Source of the DNA: Candidatus Izemoplasmatales bacterium
GTDB lineage: Bacteria > Bacillota_I > Bacilli_A > Izemoplasmatales > Hujiaoplasmataceae
Assembly (NCBI GenBank): GCA_050949045.1
Contig: JBMNEZ010000001.1
Coordinates: forward strand, 1,292,139 to 1,356,138
Direction: 5' to 3'
Length of the DNA: 64,000 nucleotides
Part shown: one piece after another, positions 61,300 through 64,000 of the stretch
How the letters are laid out: the number at the start of each line of letters is the position of its first letter
Numbering within the stretch: position 1 is the stretch's first letter
Notes under the pieces: generated by a model
Database searches by the model: none
The model's input: the letters and a program-made list of their open reading frames with translations, nothing else
Told to the model about the DNA's origin: nothing
Position numbers and translations under genes: made by a program

Positions 61300-63277
61300 A
61301 AAGAAAATTTTCTCCATCGTTCTACTATCGCTTTTATTGATCTTTCTAAGCGGTTGTTTTCAAGTTGAAAAACAGACTACGACAGAAAAACAGAATACGG
61401 TAGAAACGCAAAATACAACAGAAAAAGCACTGAATACAACAGAAAAAAAGCAAGGCACAACAGAAAGAACACAGAGTACAATAGAAAAAAAGCAAAACAC
61501 AACAGAAAAAAAGCAGAATACAACGGAAAAACAGAATACGGTAAAAATCACTGTTGTAGACAGTATATTTTATACAGCGAAGACCCCAAGCGATGCGGTT
61601 GTATCAGGGGAAGATTTTATCACCTATTTAACTTTGATTGAGGGCTACGAATGTGTTTCATGCAATTATTACTCTAACTATTCGTTTGAAGAAAAAGACG
61701 GGGAAACTCTTTTGACACTTAAAAACGTCACCCGTCCGTTGAGAGTGACCATACAATGTAAAAAGAAAGAAATAATCAACAACATTTCTTTCAATTTGAA
61801 CTGCACGGTCAATTATGATTTTAACGGTGGAATAGATGGAGAAGGACATACAAATTCAACGCTCAGCTATTTTCTGACTTCTCATCAACGACTCAATACA
61901 GAAATCGGAACAGATATAAAAAAGAGCGGATATGTTTTAACGGGATGGAATAGCCATCCGGATGGCAATGGAGAACATATCGGTTTAGGCAGCCGGGTTA
62001 CCGTCCAAAACGAAGAAGAGATCACTTTGTATGCAGAATGGCAAAAATGTATTGACGACAGACAATTTCTTTATGAAAAAAAAGAGGATGGCACAATTGC
62101 GTTGACGGGATATCGCGGTTCGGGAGATATTAATCCGTTTGTTATCCCTGAAGAGATAAACGGTCAAGAAGTAACGGAAATTTCATCTTCATTTACCACA
62201 AATATGCCTTGTCAAAAATTAACTGCTCAAACGCTTGTTTTACCAAGTACAATAAGGAGCGTCAAAAGCAATTCGTTTTTTCATTCTTCTTTTTCAGAGT
62301 TGTTTTTTTCAGATAATATTGAAGAAATTGACGAACAAGCTTTCCCTTACAATATCAAAACTTTTCATATTAATGCGGCGAAAGAGCCTTCTTTCCAGTC
62401 GGTAAACAACAGTACGATTTATTCTGACATTGTTGACAGATTGATACTTAACAAGGATAAACGCAAACTCATTTTTTTCGGGGGTTGCAGTTTCATGTAC
62501 GGATTGAACAGCCATGTGGTGGAAAAGGTTTTCGGCGAGGACTATGTAGTGATCAATTTGGGATTAAATGGAGATATTAACGCCGCTTTCCAGATGGAAA
62601 TAATTGTTAATTATATATGTGAAGGAGATGTGCTTATCCATGCTCCCGAACCGGCAAGTTCGACTCAACTCATGAATGTTTTTTATGTCAACAGTATTAT
62701 GTTTATTATGGTCGAAGGAAATTATGATTTGCTTGCACTTGCTGATTTTTCCAATAATAGCGGGGTAATTAGAGCTTTTAATGATTATATTGCCATTAAA
62801 AACAAGACTGCTCTCTGTACCTATGCCGATTCCAGATATGTAGATTTCAATATTTACGGAGATTACATGGAAGAACGGCCTTATGATGAATCTACAGAAA
62901 TCGAGCGCGATATATCGTATAGCGACGACACGTACTACTATATGCCGGAACTTCTGATGGACTCAGGGATGAAAAGACTTGTAAAATATTATGATGATAT
63001 TCGTGAAAAAAAAGGCCAGGTATTTTTAACTTATGCGCCAGTAAATATCAGCGCAGGAAAAAATGACGAAATCAAGGCTAAAGGATATGAATTCGCCGAA
63101 AAATTGGAAGATATGCTTTCCGTTTACGGGTATAGAACAATTTCTAGTGTGGAAAATTATATGTTTCTCGGCAGATATTTTTTTGACAGTGATTGGCATT
63201 TAAACGATATCGGCGCAGCGTTGCGTACCGAACGGCTGATTGCGGATTTGAAGGCGGAAGGCGTTTTGACGCCGTAG
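61292..63277 (+). CDS. Lipoprotein: TTEKQN repeats, InlB-like repeat, LRR_5 and C-terminal SGNH/DltD-like domain
   Basis: Lipobox LSGC; GYVLTGWN..PDG.G; IPEEINGQEVTEI; FFGGCSFMYG, NLGLNG, FFDSDWHLN. Confidence 0.65.
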   Translation: MNKKKIFSIVLLSLLLIFLSGCFQVEKQTTTEKQNTVETQNTTEKALNTTEKKQGTTERTQSTIEKKQNTTEKKQNTTEKQNTVKITVVDSIFYTAKTPSDAVVSGEDFITYLTLIEGYECVSCNYYSNYSFEEKDGETLLTLKNVTRPLRVTIQCKKKEIINNISFNLNCTVNYDFNGGIDGEGHTNSTLSYFLTSHQRLNTEIGTDIKKSGYVLTGWNSHPDGNGEHIGLGSRVTVQNEEEITLYAEWQKCIDDRQFLYEKKEDGTIALTGYRGSGDINPFVIPEEINGQEVTEISSSFTTNMPCQKLTAQTLVLPSTIRSVKSNSFFHSSFSELFFSDNIEEIDEQAFPYNIKTFHINAAKEPSFQSVNNSTIYSDIVDRLILNKDKRKLIFFGGCSFMYGLNSHVVEKVFGEDYVVINLGLNGDINAAFQMEIIVNYICEGDVLIHAPEPASSTQLMNVFYVNSIMFIMVEGNYDLLALADFSNNSGVIRAFNDYIAIKNKTALCTYADSRYVDFNIYGDYMEERPYDESTEIERDISYSDDTYYYMPELLMDSGMKRLVKYYDDIREKKGQVFLTYAPVNISAGKNDEIKAKGYEFAEKLEDMLSVYGYRTISSVENYMFLGRYFFDSDWHLNDIGAALRTERLIADLKAEGVLTP

Positions 63278-63283
63278 AAGAAT

Positions 63284-63529
63284 ATGAACAATAGTGTAAT
63301 TTTCAATGACCCCATAATCATCGTTGGTTTTCTAATCGCACTCTTATTTAGTTGTTTAGGATTGTTCAAAAAAACACATTTTATCGTTATACTGCTTTCC
63401 ATTCTCTTTTTTGTCGCAACGATGGCCTATGCGTTGTTAAAAGGAGCAGAATTGTATGAAGTCGGTTCTGTGGCCATTGTATTTCTGATTATAAGTTTGT
63501 TATCGATACAGAAAAACGGAGGGAAATGA
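63284..63529 (+). CDS. Small three-TM membrane protein
   Basis: 81 aa, highly hydrophobic, between the SGNH-like gene and the MBOAT gene. Confidence 0.6.
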   Translation: MNNSVIFNDPIIIVGFLIALLFSCLGLFKKTHFIVILLSILFFVATMAYALLKGAELYEVGSVAIVFLIISLLSIQKNGGK

Positions 63530-63530
63530 T

Positions 63531-64000
63531 TTGAATTTCAATTCTATAGAATATTTAATCTTTCTTCCCGTTGTCGTTATTTTATATTGGCTTTTACCTC
63601 ACAAAGGAAGATGGATAGTGCTACTTGCGGCCAGCATATTATTCTATATGAGCTGGAATGCATGGCTAATAGTGCTTATTATGGTTACTACGGTGACGGC
63701 ATATATCGCTGGAATAGGAATTGATCGATCCACCAACAAAAAAGCAAAAAAAGCTTGGCTTATTTGTGCTCTCATTATCTGCCTTGGCTTGCTGATTTTT
63801 TTTAAATACATCAATTTTTTTCTGGAGAGCGTAGTAGGAGTATTTAGATTGTTCCGAACTGAACAGGATAATATTGTATTAAACGTTATTCTGCCTATAG
63901 GGATTTCTTTTTACACTTTTCAAACATTATCTTATGTCATAGATGTTTATCGCGGGGATTACAAGGTGGAAAAACATTTTGGATATTTTGCGTTATACAT
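63531..64000 (+). CDS. MBOAT family O-acyltransferase, AlgI/PatA type (3'-truncated by window edge)
   Basis: Not in the ORF track. TTG start after GGAGG gives MNFNSIEYLIFLPVVVILYW...LLAASILFY.SW...FFKYINFF...ILPIGISFYTFQTLSYVIDVYRG. Confidence 0.9.
   Translation, partial: MNFNSIEYLIFLPVVVILYWLLPHKGRWIVLLAASILFYMSWNAWLIVLIMVTTVTAYIAGIGIDRSTNKKAKKAWLICALIICLGLLIFFKYINFFLESVVGVFRLFRTEQDNIVLNVILPIGISFYTFQTLSYVIDVYRGDYKVEKHFGYFALY

Overview
A 64-kb chromosomal segment of a bacterium using TGA as stop (genetic code 11). Gene content and the many Thr-rich lipoproteins suggest a Bacillota/Acholeplasmatales-Izemoplasmatales-like anaerobe (inference). In order: (1) housekeeping genes (whiA 3' part, acpS, tex) and two tRNA-Ser genes. 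(2) Directly after tRNA-Ser(GGA), a tandem array of two integrase-less single-gene units (1648 and 864 bp) bounded by a repeated att-like site. The site's core (CCATATAA plus a terminator hairpin) recurs after tRNA-Thr(TGT) 21 kb away. This is the best candidate for an undescribed system. (3) A lysine fermentation operon (maoC-kal-kce-kdd-kamA-kamB-kamD-kamE-pduO) behind a lysine riboswitch wired as an ON switch; kamB lacks a canonical start (ACGA where ATGA is expected). (4) A glutamate mutase/methylaspartase operon running into citDEFC-citXG, probably acting as citramalate lyase. (5) tRNA-Val/Thr followed by a decayed AT-rich patch (ArsR, orphan fluoride riboswitch, Zn-ADH). (6) A LacI-associated beta-mannan utilisation locus built from Ig-stalked lipoproteins (non-catalytic binder, GH5+CBM27, Ig-fused ABC binding protein, permeases, epimerase, two GH130, second GH5). 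(7) A c-di-GMP-II-like RNA relic. (8) A locus combining two permuted membrane-anchored GH3 enzymes (one with a nested CBM duplication and a collagen stalk), a CBM lipoprotein, two SGNH/DltD-like LRR proteins and an AlgI-type MBOAT that runs off the window. No CRISPR array, rRNA, transposase or integrase was seen.
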